A stretch of 62,831 nt of DNA, counting the filler, from Asterionella formosa (Eukaryota): assembly GCA_002256025.1 (NCBI GenBank). It is 8 parts of 8 records of this genome, joined end to end, with 100 filler letters (N's around TTAATTAATTAA, not from the genome) between each part and the next. Parts side by side here need not be neighbours in the genome. Positions count along the whole stretch, not along the records: positions 52,715 to 54,317 come from NKIB01001784.1; positions 54,418 to 56,020 come from NKIB01001785.1; positions 56,121 to 57,722 come from NKIB01001786.1; positions 57,823 to 59,425 come from NKIB01001787.1; positions 59,526 to 61,128 come from NKIB01001788.1; positions 61,229 to 62,831 come from NKIB01001789.1; 2 more parts are not named here. One strand, 5' to 3'. Made by a program: the position numbers and the translations under genes. Under the pieces are notes generated by a model that was given only the letters and a program-made list of their open reading frames with translations, did no database searches and had not been told where the DNA came from. This document shows positions 52,715 through 62,831 of this stretch, piece after piece. How positions within the stretch are numbered: position 1 is the first letter of the stretch; every line of letters starts with the position of its first letter.

Positions 52715-54317
52715 TTGCTTCTTATCTGGACTGTTCCTTGAATTTTATTAAGTAAGCTATCACCAATTGAATTACTATCGAGATCAAGTTCAGTCAAGAC
52801 AGTATTGACCTTGAGAGCCTCTGCAATGGCCTTGGCTCCGTCATCACCAATTGAATTATCATAGAGATTAAGTGTAATCAAGACAGTATTGACCTTGAGA
52901 GCCTCTGCAATGGCCTTGGCTCCGTCAACACCAATTGAATTACACCAGAGAGAAAGTGTAGTCAAGACAGTATTTTCCTTGAGAGCCTCTGCAATGGCCT
53001 TGGCTCCGTCAACACCAATTGAATTCCATCGGAGACCAAGTGTAGTCAAGACAGTATTTACCTTGAGAGCCTCTGTAATGGCCTTGGCGCCATCATCACC
53101 AATTGATTTGGCTGCGAGATCAAGTGCAGTCAAACTTGTATCATTTTCTTTCATCCGTTCAACATATTTTTCCAGTTCTGTTGTTAGGGACCACTTGTAG
53201 GGTGACTCATAGGTTCCAGTAGGCCCTTTATTCAAGGATGCTTTGCAACTTCCACCACCAACATCAGGATCTGTTTGCCTTACAAGTTGACCCAACTTTT
53301 CAACCAATTCATTTGTCGTTGGCCTCTTCATGCGATTGGTCTGAATGCAACGAATGGCTAATTTGCACAAAGAGGACAGAATTCCATCTTCCCATTCCTC
53401 TGCAAGAGGATCAACATCCTCCTCCAATTTTGGAATTGCCAACTCCAATGCCTCTGCTGGAGTTCCTTCAAAATCGTATGGGAAGTAGCGTTCATAGAAA
53501 TCTCCCAACTTCTTTGAATCATTTTGGAGGCAGCCTGTCACAAGCTCAATCATGACAATGCCAAATGAGTAAACATCACACGATGCTTCAAATGTCTTGT
53601 GTGCACGAGAATACGATGGACATATGTAGCCAGGTGTCCCAAAGACTCCGACATGTGATGTTTTCCAAACTGAAAAAGGAATTGCACTGGTTTCAATGGA
53701 GTCATCCACAGGCACAAACTTGGCCAGGCCACAATCAATCAGCTTGGCATCATAGTTCTGTTGAAGGTAGATATTAGATGACTTGATGTCGCGATGAAAC
53801 AGAATGAAGTTGTCACTTTTCTCTGTATGAAGGCAGTGGATGGCACGAATAATGTCAAACATGATTCGAAGTCGTCTCTCACTCGAGAGACTTGCCATGC
53901 TTTGTTCACTCGCATAAAATGTATCAAGCGAACCCCTGGATGCAAACTCATACACCAGGTATTGAGAAGTCATATCAGAGGACAAATGATAGCCATACAA
54001 ATTTACAATATTGGGGTGTCGCAACCTCTTTAATGCCTGAAACAGTATGACAGTAGAATGAGAAACGTAAAGACTTGAAACGACATGCTATAGATGATAC
54101 CTCAAATAAGCTCACCTGCAATTCTCTTTTAAAAATCTCTCTAACTTCCTCCACTTTATCGCTCTCAACAGCAATATTGGCAAGCATACGTTTAACAACA
54201 AAGACCCGATTTTCAATCTGGCCTTTGTAGGCAACACCAAAAGCTCCTTCACCAAGTTTCAAGGATTTATTAAAGTTGTTTGTACAACTATTAATGAATT
54301 CAACAGGAAGCTCGATT
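52715..54317 (-). CDS. Pelle/IRAK-like protein kinase fused to RI-type (NLRC3-like) LRRs; partial, intron 54037-54115
   Basis: LGEGAFG, ELQ|ALKRLRHPNIV, HRDIKSSN, DCG and GTPGY, followed by 28-aa repeats NSIGxDGAKAIAEALKVNTVLTxL. Truncated by gaps. Confidence 0.88.
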
Positions 54318-54417
54318 NNNNNNNNNNNNNNNNNNNNNNNNNNNNNNNNNNNNNNNNNNNNTTAATTAATTAANNNNNNNNNNNNNNNNNNNNNNNNNNN
54401 NNNNNNNNNNNNNNNNN

Positions 54418-56020
54418 ACTGGAGCAGGGAGTCGTTGAGACATTCAATACACTGAACGGACTCAACAGGGAGACGTGCGATTTATCATTTCGCAGACTTA
54501 CGGATGCTATGGCTGTAGCGGTAAATGTCACGAGTGGTAGCAATGGTCGATCACTACAAGGAGTGCAGCGTATTGTCACTCGAGCTCCTACTCGAAAGCC
54601 TACACAACGAGGTGGTGTATTCAGCTATCGCTTTCGTGTCATTGGTACATGTCGAGGTTGCAGCAGTAGTGCCAGATTGTTTGATGATGCCATTCGTCGA
54701 CGACTCGCACTGCCCTCCTCATTCAATATTCATGACGGTGGTGAACGACGTGAACAAGCGTCTGGGACTACTGAGACTAATTGTTTCTGTCCAATCCTTG
54801 CAGAGAATCGTGGTCCGACAATCGGAGATTTTCAATTGTTTTTCCAGGCACTGATTGAAATGTTGATAGCTGATGGGGTTCTTGATCCACTATTTATACT
54901 TGCCCTTGATATTGAAAACACATTTGAACTTCCAGTGCAGTTTGTACCCTCATCAACACCCTTTTTATTCCCAGGTCAACCCTCGTTGACACCATTTTTT
55001 ACGACACCTACGTTACCACCAGTTCGATCATCCTTTTCCCCAACACTTTCTCAGCCTATTATACCACCAGTCCAACTCCCACTATCACCAGCAATTGCAC
55101 CACCTATAATACCACCAGTTCAACCCCCAGTTCAAGCATTACCCTTTTCACCACCAGTTCAAACCCCGATTACACCTTCCATTGAATCACCTGTTGCACC
55201 ACCAGTCATTATCTTGACCCCAAGACCTGTAACTCTAGCTCCTACTGGACAAATCCCAGTTGCACCACCCATAGCACCACCAGGAGTACAACTCCCTGTA
55301 ACACCACCTGTCCCAACACCAGTACAACCACCTGTCACACCAACAGTTCAATCCCCAATAACACCCCCCATTGAATCACCTGTAGCACCACCAGTCATCA
55401 TCTTGACCCCAGGACCTGTAACTCTAGCTCCTACAGGACAACCCGCAGTTGCACTACCCATAGCACCACCAGTACAACTCCCTGTACCAACACCTGTCAC
55501 ACCAACAGTTCGATTCCCAGTTACACCTACCATTGAATCACCTGTAGTACCACCAGTCATCATCTTGACCCCAGGACCTGTAACTCTAGCTCCAACAGGA
55601 CAAAAGCCAGTTGCACCATCAATAGCACCACCATTGCAACTCCCTATAACACCACCTGTCACACCACCAGAACAACCACCTATCCCACCACCAGTTCAAT
55701 CCCCAATTACACCACCCATTGCACTTCCCATTGACCCACCTGTTGCACTGCCAGTCATCATCTTGACCCCAGGGCCTGTAACTCTAGATCCTACAGGAAA
55801 ACCCCAAAATGCACCACCTGTACAGCCACCACTGACACAACCAGTACAACAACCTCTTACACCACCAATACAACCACCACTGACACCACCAGTACAACCA
55901 CCACTGACACCACCAATACAACCACCACTTACACCACCAGTACAACCACCACTGACACCACCAGTACAGCCACCACTGACACCACCAGTACAGCCTCCAC
56001 TGACACCACCAGTACAAGAA
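54418..56020 (+). CDS. Pro/Thr-rich extensin/mucin-like surface protein; partial
   Basis: Cys-containing head (YRFRVIGTCRGC..CFCP), four ESPVAPPVIILTPGPVTLAPTG-type modules and a (PPVQPPLT)n tail running into the gap. Confidence 0.8.
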
Positions 56021-56232
56021 NNNNNNNNNNNNNNNNNNNNNNNNNNNNNNNNNNNNNNNNNNNNTTAATTAATTAANNNNNNNNNNNNNNNNNNNNNNNN
56101 NNNNNNNNNNNNNNNNNNNNTCTGCTCCGCAATGAATCTTCCACTTACCTTTGGATTTTGGTCTACGCAAGGTAACTTGGTGCAGTAGAGGAACTGGTAG
56201 GAAACGCTGAAGTTACTGCAACCGCTCTTGCA

Positions 56233-57722
56233 ATGAAAGAGGCGTGTCAGGAGGAAATATATCTGACACTGAATGTGCATGAACGAGGAGACTGGGCTGA
56301 CAAAGGACGTGATTTTCAGTGGTGGAACAGTCTGACTGGTACGGATCGCTTGTCTGTACTGAATATGCCTCGACTCACTGTTAGTTACGATATGGGCTGG
56401 CAGCAGCGTTTCAGCGGGAATAAGTACAACTCTGTAAGTGGACATGCTTTTTGTATTGGCGGCTACACGAAAAAGATACTAGACTACAGAGTGAAATCTA
56501 AGGTCTGTAATGTGTGCGACAGGGCTATACGGTACAAGAAACCAATCAAGGAACATATTTGTCCCAAGAATCATGTAACTGGTAGTTCGAAAGCAATGGA
56601 ACCAGATGCTGGTGTAGAAATGATGATTGATGCAGTAATGAAAAACAATGTTATCTACTCTACAATCATCTGTGATGATGATTCTACTATTCGAGCTGTT
56701 TCTAAGTGGTCCTATAAGGAGTTATTGAAACTACAGCAATCCTTCCAATGGCCAAGAACATTGAAAGGATTAAAAAAATCGGACAAAGGATGCCTTCCAC
56801 TGACTGTACCCGAGCCTACATTTCTGTCTGACCCATCCCACAGAGTACGGGTCCTTCTCCGCCCAGCTTTTATGAAATCCAATGGCCCAGTCTCCCTCGA
56901 GCGTCCCTCAAAAGCAGATTGTCTCCGGTTGAAAGTTTACTATGGCGCTTGGATTAAAAAAACCGGAACCTCTCTCTGGCCGAATTTAGTATTTCCTCCA
57001 AGGCACCAATCAATCATTTATTTGGCTGCCACGACTACTGCTCTGAGACATGGTGCCCTGTAAAAGCAGGAAAAATGGTTAGTAACGGAAAATATCATGA
57101 CAAGGAAAAGGAATAAGATTTATACAAATGGTTAATGCTGCATGTTGCAACAAAAGTCGAAGGCGAAAAGCTACTATCGTTGCATCATCCCTTTGACACG
57201 CAGATTAATGAGGCAATGAACAATGCAGTGTCGCGACCATGTCCAAAAAACAAGGTGTTTGCGGGATCTGGAGGCCTTCAGTATCGAGTGGCTTCGGTTG
57301 CTGGGCAACACACACAAGGAGCAACACAATATACAAGGAATGTATACAAGCAATGTGGAATGCAGATGTCAGCACTGCAAGAATCCTGCTGGAGACAAAA
57401 AGAAAAGCGACGAAGTGACGATGGAGCCTATAAAGCACAATTCAAACGAAAGAGGAAACGAAGCGAAAAAATACATGCAGCACGATTCGAAACAGTCAAA
57501 CAGGAAAGGCAAGATAACAAATCAGGTAAGACTTACGGTTCTGGTGTTGCGCTCACCAGAAGGGAACATCAGGAAACAAGAAGGAAAGGAACAAATGTCT
57601 GCAATCATTGTGGCCGCAATGATCATCAAAGGAAAAGCAGCGCACTCTGTCCATTCAATGTACCGGCAGGCAAAGTGCCTGATCACACTGGTATGCGTAT
57701 GATCAATGATGATCAGCTACCT
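56233..57722 (+). mobile_element. Mutator-like DDE transposase, disrupted; partial
   Basis: VSYDMGWQQR..YNSVSG, KVCNVC, CPKNH..GSSKAME, ICDDDST, DPSHRVR, DTQINEAMN and a C-terminal CNHC..H..C knuckle. Frameshift/stop at ~56960-57120. Confidence 0.8.
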
Positions 57723-58261
57723 NNNNNNNNNNNNNNNNNNNNNNNNNNNNNNNNNNNNNNNNNNNNTTAATTAATTAANNNNNNNNNNNNNNNNNNNNNN
57801 NNNNNNNNNNNNNNNNNNNNNNCGCTTTAAAGCGTGTTGAAATGGTCCGTACTCCTTCCCGCGGGTTGGGTCTCTCTTCACGTAGACTCTTACGTGATCG
57901 TAGTACTACCTAGTACCACTCACTTTCTCTCTTGTCTCTGCTTCTAGCCTTCCTGCTAGATAGACTAATTGATCTTCCTGTCAATTAACACACTGTTTCC
58001 TCGGTTGATAATCTAAATCTCAAATTAAATTATAAGCTAAACTAAATGTTTCCTTTCCACGCATCTTTGCTTCCTGCAAAGTCATTCTAAGACTCTCTTC
58101 GAGTTTCCACTTAACATTTCCATAGAAATCTTCAATCTCTGATCTCGTTAGACAGCTGATTGACGTGGCAATGCAATATTCGACTCGTTCGATTACAATC
58201 GAGTCCACAATCCTTGTGACTCGGGCTAATATTCTTGACACGGTAAGACCAAAGCAAAGTT

Positions 58262-58350
58262 GGTCTTTGTCAACGCGGTGGCTAAAAAATTTTTGTCCTT
58301 TGATATCGACTAGTCAGCATGACGCATCATGAACTGTGTAATGACCCCAA
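58262..58350 (+). mobile_element. Relic of the Harbinger right subterminal region
   Basis: gcggtggctaaaa..tttttg..gcatcatga..gtgtaatgaccc matches 40107-40168. Confidence 0.6.
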
Positions 58351-58607
58351 TCTTAAATGGGCTCAGGTTTTCGTGATCACCAGCTGTGTTGAAAGATCTT
58401 CCGAAATTGTTCGATATTCCTGATACTATGAGGCTTTAAAATGCCTGTTTTACTCCGGAATTTCGTGCTAACTTCGCGTGCTTTTGTATTCCTTCTGAAA
58501 ACGTGAGGCGAGGTCGATTATACAAAACGTATTTTTCGTTAATTGTAGATGTGTCATGATACCATCCTTTGACAAGGTGCCAATTGAGAAAAACTCTCAG
58601 TGGCCCA

Positions 58608-59425
58608 ATGAACCCCAAATTGTCGAACGAACAGTTGCTCTACTCAGCGTCAACATCAGAATATCCTAGTCGAACGAAACATGGAACCATTAGTTTCTCG
58701 CAATCAAGAGACGGAGCAAGGGACGACGCGGATGATGATGACAAAAACGATGAAATGAGCATCATTAGTTCATTGTCGGGGTTTTCCGGCGGTTCTTCTG
58801 ACATGTATAACTATGGAGGCTTGCTGCGCTTCAACCGTACCGGTCTTCTCTATGGCCGAAGCAGAGAAGTGAGTATCCTATTGGATGCTTTTACACGTGT
58901 CACGATTGGAAATTCTGAAGTGGTCCTTCTTTCAGGCGAAGCAGGCGCTGGAAAGAGCAAAGTCGCCGAATCCCTTCGAGGCCCTGTGACTTCGATCGAA
59001 TCTTCTGGTTACTTCGTCGCTGGAAAGTATGATCAGCTTAGGCTGGACGAACCCTTTAGTGCGATTGTGAACGCGTTCAACGACTTGGCTGAAATCATAA
59101 GTCTCACCGAAGGTTCTCAGTCGCGAAGAAGCAGCATTAAGGAAGCTCTCGGTGATGAAGCTTATTTGCTTTGCAAGTTAATACCGAACATTTCTTATTT
59201 ACTTGGACAAAAGAAAATCCCAGCGGAGCAGGATGTGGGGGGTAACATGATGAACGTTGTTTCCAAATTGACTCTGGCCTTTCGAAGATTTGTAAGCGTT
59301 GTTGCCACAAAAGAGAGCCCATTGTGTATATTCCTTGACGACATTCAATGGGCGGATCAAGCATCCATGCAAGTGATTCGAGGCCTCATTACAGACATTA
59401 GGAGCAAACATGTTCTTCTAGTGTT
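58608..59425 (+). CDS. STAND-class AAA_16 ATPase protein; 3' truncated
   Basis: LYGRSREV, Walker A GEAGAGKS, GKYDQ..EPFSA and Walker B IFLDDIQWAD. Confidence 0.85.
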
Positions 59426-59525
59426 NNNNNNNNNNNNNNNNNNNNNNNNNNNNNNNNNNNNNNNNNNNNTTAATTAATTAANNNNNNNNNNNNNNNNNNN
59501 NNNNNNNNNNNNNNNNNNNNNNNNN

Positions 59526-60979
59526 CGACGTGCAATGGAAAGTCTAATTTTTTTGGTTGAAAAGAGAGACAAGAGCATTAAAGGCAGAGCATGTGCCAAT
59601 GGCAGTTCGCAACGTGAATACATGGAAAGAGATGAAGCAGCTAGTCCAACTACCATGACTGAATCTGTTATGATAACAGCAACAATTGATGCGAAGCAAA
59701 ATCGCGATGTTATGACTGCAGATATACCCAATGCATTTGTGCAAGTGGATATCGATGAGAAAGAAAAAGGGGAGCGAATCATTATGAAGATTAGAGGTTT
59801 ACTTGTCAATATGTTGACAGAACTCAGCCCCGAGACTTATGAAAAATATGTTGTTTATGAAGGGAACAACAAGGTCCTATATGTTAGGATGATCAAGGCA
59901 TTATATGGCATGTTACAGTCATCATTATTATATTACAAGAAATTTCGGAAGGATATTGAGTCAATTGGATTCAAGGTAAACCCATATGATCCATGTGTTG
60001 CAAATCGCATTGTTAATGGCAAACAGCACACAGTTACTTGGCACGTAGACGATTTGAAATCAACTCACGTGGACAGCAAAGTGAATGATCAATTTTTGGA
60101 ATGGCTCAAAAATAAATACGCTTCTGACGAAATTGGTGAAGTCAAGGTCATGCGTGGAAAGAAGCATGATTATTTGGCTATGACGCTAGATTACTCTATT
60201 CCAGGAGTGTTGAGGGTGGACATGACCAAATATGTCAAATCAATGATTGATGATTTTCCAGTGAAACTTGAAGGTGTTGGAAAATTTCCATGGACAGATA
60301 AATTGTTCACAGTTGATACGAAATCAAAGAAGCTTGAACATGAAAAAGCAAAAATATTTCATACTTTTGTTATGAAAGGAATGTTCCTATGTAAGCGAGG
60401 AAGACAGGACATTCAACCAGGAATTGCATTTCTGGCAACCCGAACTATCGAACCGAATGAAGGCGATTGGGCAAAATTAGTCAAGATCATGAATTTCTTG
60501 AAAGCAACTCAGAACGAGGTTGCATCTATGAGTGCTGATGACACTCAGAGCATTAAATGGTACGTTGATGCGGCGTTTGCAGTGCACAAAGATTTTAAAA
60601 GTCACACAGGAGCTACAATGTCACTTGGAAACGGAATTATTTGTTCTATGTCCACGAAACAGAAAGTGAACACTAGAAGTTCGACTGAAGCAGAATTGGT
60701 TGGTGTCGATGACATCATATCAAAGGTGTTGTGGACGAAATTATTTATTGAAGCACAAGGACACAAGCAATGAAGCTAGAAGCAAATGGAAAAGCAAGTT
60801 CAGGAAAACGCACGCGACATTTCAACATCAAATATTTTTATATTACTGATCTTATTGAAAGAAAGGAAGTACAAATCAAGTACTGTCCATCGGATGCAAT
60901 GTTAGCAGACTACATGACGAAACCACTGGTTGGAACGAAATTTATTCATTTTCGTCAGGAAATTATGAATTCAAAGTGA
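59526..60979 (+). mobile_element. Ty1/copia (CoDi-like) pol fragment: RT + RNase H with an internal deletion/frameshift at ~60765
   Basis: KGRACANG, ADIPNAF, KALYG, WHVDD, YVDAAFAVH, RSSTEAE and ADYMTKP. The RNase H 'DN' segment is missing. Confidence 0.93.
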
Positions 60980-61001
60980 GCATCCGTGTCCAGCAGGAGT
61001 G

Positions 61002-61128
61002 TGTTGGAGAAAATATTTTAGGAAAGAAAATCCCGGTATAAATTACCTACTACATATTGAATCGAATGAATCAAGAAAGAATATGGTCCCAGAGAATTCG
61101 AAAACAATCTACGCCAACAGTAAAAACC
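61002..61128 (+). repeat. Start of the copia 3' LTR
   Basis: Purine-rich GCAGGAGTG followed by TGTTGG just after the pol stop codon. Cut by the gap. Confidence 0.65.
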
Positions 61129-61228
61129 NNNNNNNNNNNNNNNNNNNNNNNNNNNNNNNNNNNNNNNNNNNNTTAATTAATTAANNNNNNNNNNNNNNNN
61201 NNNNNNNNNNNNNNNNNNNNNNNNNNNN

Positions 61229-62831
61229 CAAAACCGATTTAACATGAATGATTTAACTCCCCAGGTGAAACAGGCCATATTGCATGATGGAAAACTGATT
61301 GATGTTGTATGTTTTGATTTCATGGCTCAGGTTAAGAATCTCTTGACAAATGACACACTAATGTCACCACAAAATGTGTCATTTGATTTCGTCAATCCGT
61401 GTAAAGCACCACAACCCACCAGTGTCAGATCCGAATTTCACACTGGTACCTGGTGGATAGATGCCCATGAATATTTATGTTCTCAGCCAAATGACTTCCT
61501 TGTTCCACTAATGTTCTTTATTGACAAGACACACACGGTTGAAAAAGGAAAGTACACAATGGAGCCTGTCCTAATGTCACTTGGTATTTTTACTACCAAT
61601 GTAAGAAATAAGGTCAATGCATGGCGGCCAATCGGATTGATCCCAAAGCTGACCTCATCAAGTCTATCTGAAATCCAGTCCCTAACCCCTGATCAAAAGG
61701 AATTCGATTATCACGCTGTCCTTGGTGTGATTCTTGAGGGGGTCAAGAATGTCCAACAAGCTGGTGGATTCAAACACATTTTCAATTTCGGAGGCAATCA
61801 ATTTACACTTAATGTGAAAGTTCCGGTTGGTCTAATTCTCGGTGATGCTGAAGGTTTAGATGGACAATGCGGACGAAAGAAAACATATCTAAAGACTGCC
61901 AGAATGTGTCGTGAATGTGATTGTCCGTTTGATCAAACGGACAATCCATCTCATGAATGCAGTCCTGTAGGTCAGATTGATTACGAGGAACTATTAATCC
62001 GGGGCATAAAAGATTTATTGGATAAGGTGAGCCAAAGATTCATCTATCCCTTTTGGTATCAGTTGTGTTTTGGTGGCGATCCTCTTGGTGTTAATGGGCA
62101 CGTTCCTCCTGAAAAACTCCATTCCATTCAAGAAGGAATAATGGATCACCTCATGGAGCTATATTCTTATATGATCGGGCGTCCCAAAACAGTAAAGGGT
62201 AATTCCAATCGAAAACTGTTTGACCAGTTGTTCAACAAAATATCTAAACTCTTCCTTCACCAGAGTGACCGAGACCTTCCTCGTTGTTCCTTCAATTTCG
62301 GTTTTCATGGTTGCAAAACGAAAATAACTGCTAACGAAAGAATAGGAGTGATGCTTATTGCCTGTGTTGTCATGGCATGTGATGCTGGAATCAAAATCTG
62401 CCGAGAAGAAAGTGGTATGACCAATCAAGAAATTCAAAACTTTCAAGGTCTATTCGAAGGGATGCTCTGCTACAATGCCTGGTTTAGTAAAGAGAGTTTT
62501 GATGTGGGAAATTTACCACAGGAACACCAAAGCGTTGTCAACTATTTTACTAAGCTGGTAAAAGAATGCCCGAGAACAACAACCTCTCAGGGATGGAAGC
62601 TTGCGAAGTTTCATCAACAGATGCATACTGTAAGAAACATTCATCGTTTCGGAAGTCCACAGGTTTTTAATGGAGGCCCAATGGAAAAGAATCTTAAATT
62701 CTTGTGTAAATTACCAGCCAGGACTTCCCAGAAACGCAAAGATGTCATGGATATTCAAAGTGGGGCGAGAATGGTAGAGAACATGGTGATCGGAACCGCT
62801 TGTAGTCAGTTTCTTGGCGAAGATATTGGAG
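61229..62831 (+). mobile_element. Plavaka-type transposase, open frame running off the window (absent from the ORF track)
   Basis: Frame from ATG 61244 reads FDFMAQVKNLL..EFHTGTWW..PLMFFIDKTH..MEPVLMSLG..AWRPIG..GDAEG..CRECDC..EKLH..WKLAKFH..FGSP. No stop was seen. Confidence 0.85.

Noticed and set aside
26302..61184. Repeated TTAATTAATTAA palindrome as a biological repeat or recombination site
   Set aside because: Always centred in 44N+44N gaps, so it is an artificial six-frame-stop scaffold linker.
52715..62831. Kinase-LRR, STAND ATPase and TEs as a clustered 'defence island'
   Set aside because: Each lies on a separate ~1.6-kb contig joined by linkers, so physical linkage is unsupported.

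Overview
Eukaryotic nuclear DNA, most likely a diatom (inferred from gene families, short GT-AG introns and TE types). The window is a pseudo-scaffold: seven 100-nt linkers (44N-TTAATTAATTAA-44N) join separate contigs, so adjacency across them is not evidence of linkage. Host genes: TKL-type kinase, sulfotransferase, membrane protein, DCN1, membrane-anchored WCKPC thioredoxin, GT32 glycosyltransferase, LYR-like+ApaG protein, two paralogous 'RGLE'-motif genes, a RING + Myb-like + NLP-type GAF regulator, a Pelle/IRAK-like kinase-LRR, a Pro-rich surface protein and a STAND/AAA_16 ATPase. Mobile DNA: a complete but frameshifted PIF/Harbinger (TIRs, TAA TSD), an internally deleted Crypton-like element with repeated terminal motifs (plus a second truncated copy), Plavaka-type transposases, a Mutator-like transposase, a copia RT/RNase H with 3' LTR start, a LINE relic, MITEs and a tRNA-derived SINE with TSD. 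The least explained signals are GGTACC/CCAGGTACCTGG palindrome clusters that recur upstream of genes, a tRNA-headed SINE family (one head inside a TIR element), the Crypton-like end architecture and a ~170-bp near-perfect hairpin. All family calls are by motif recognition only; no searches were run.
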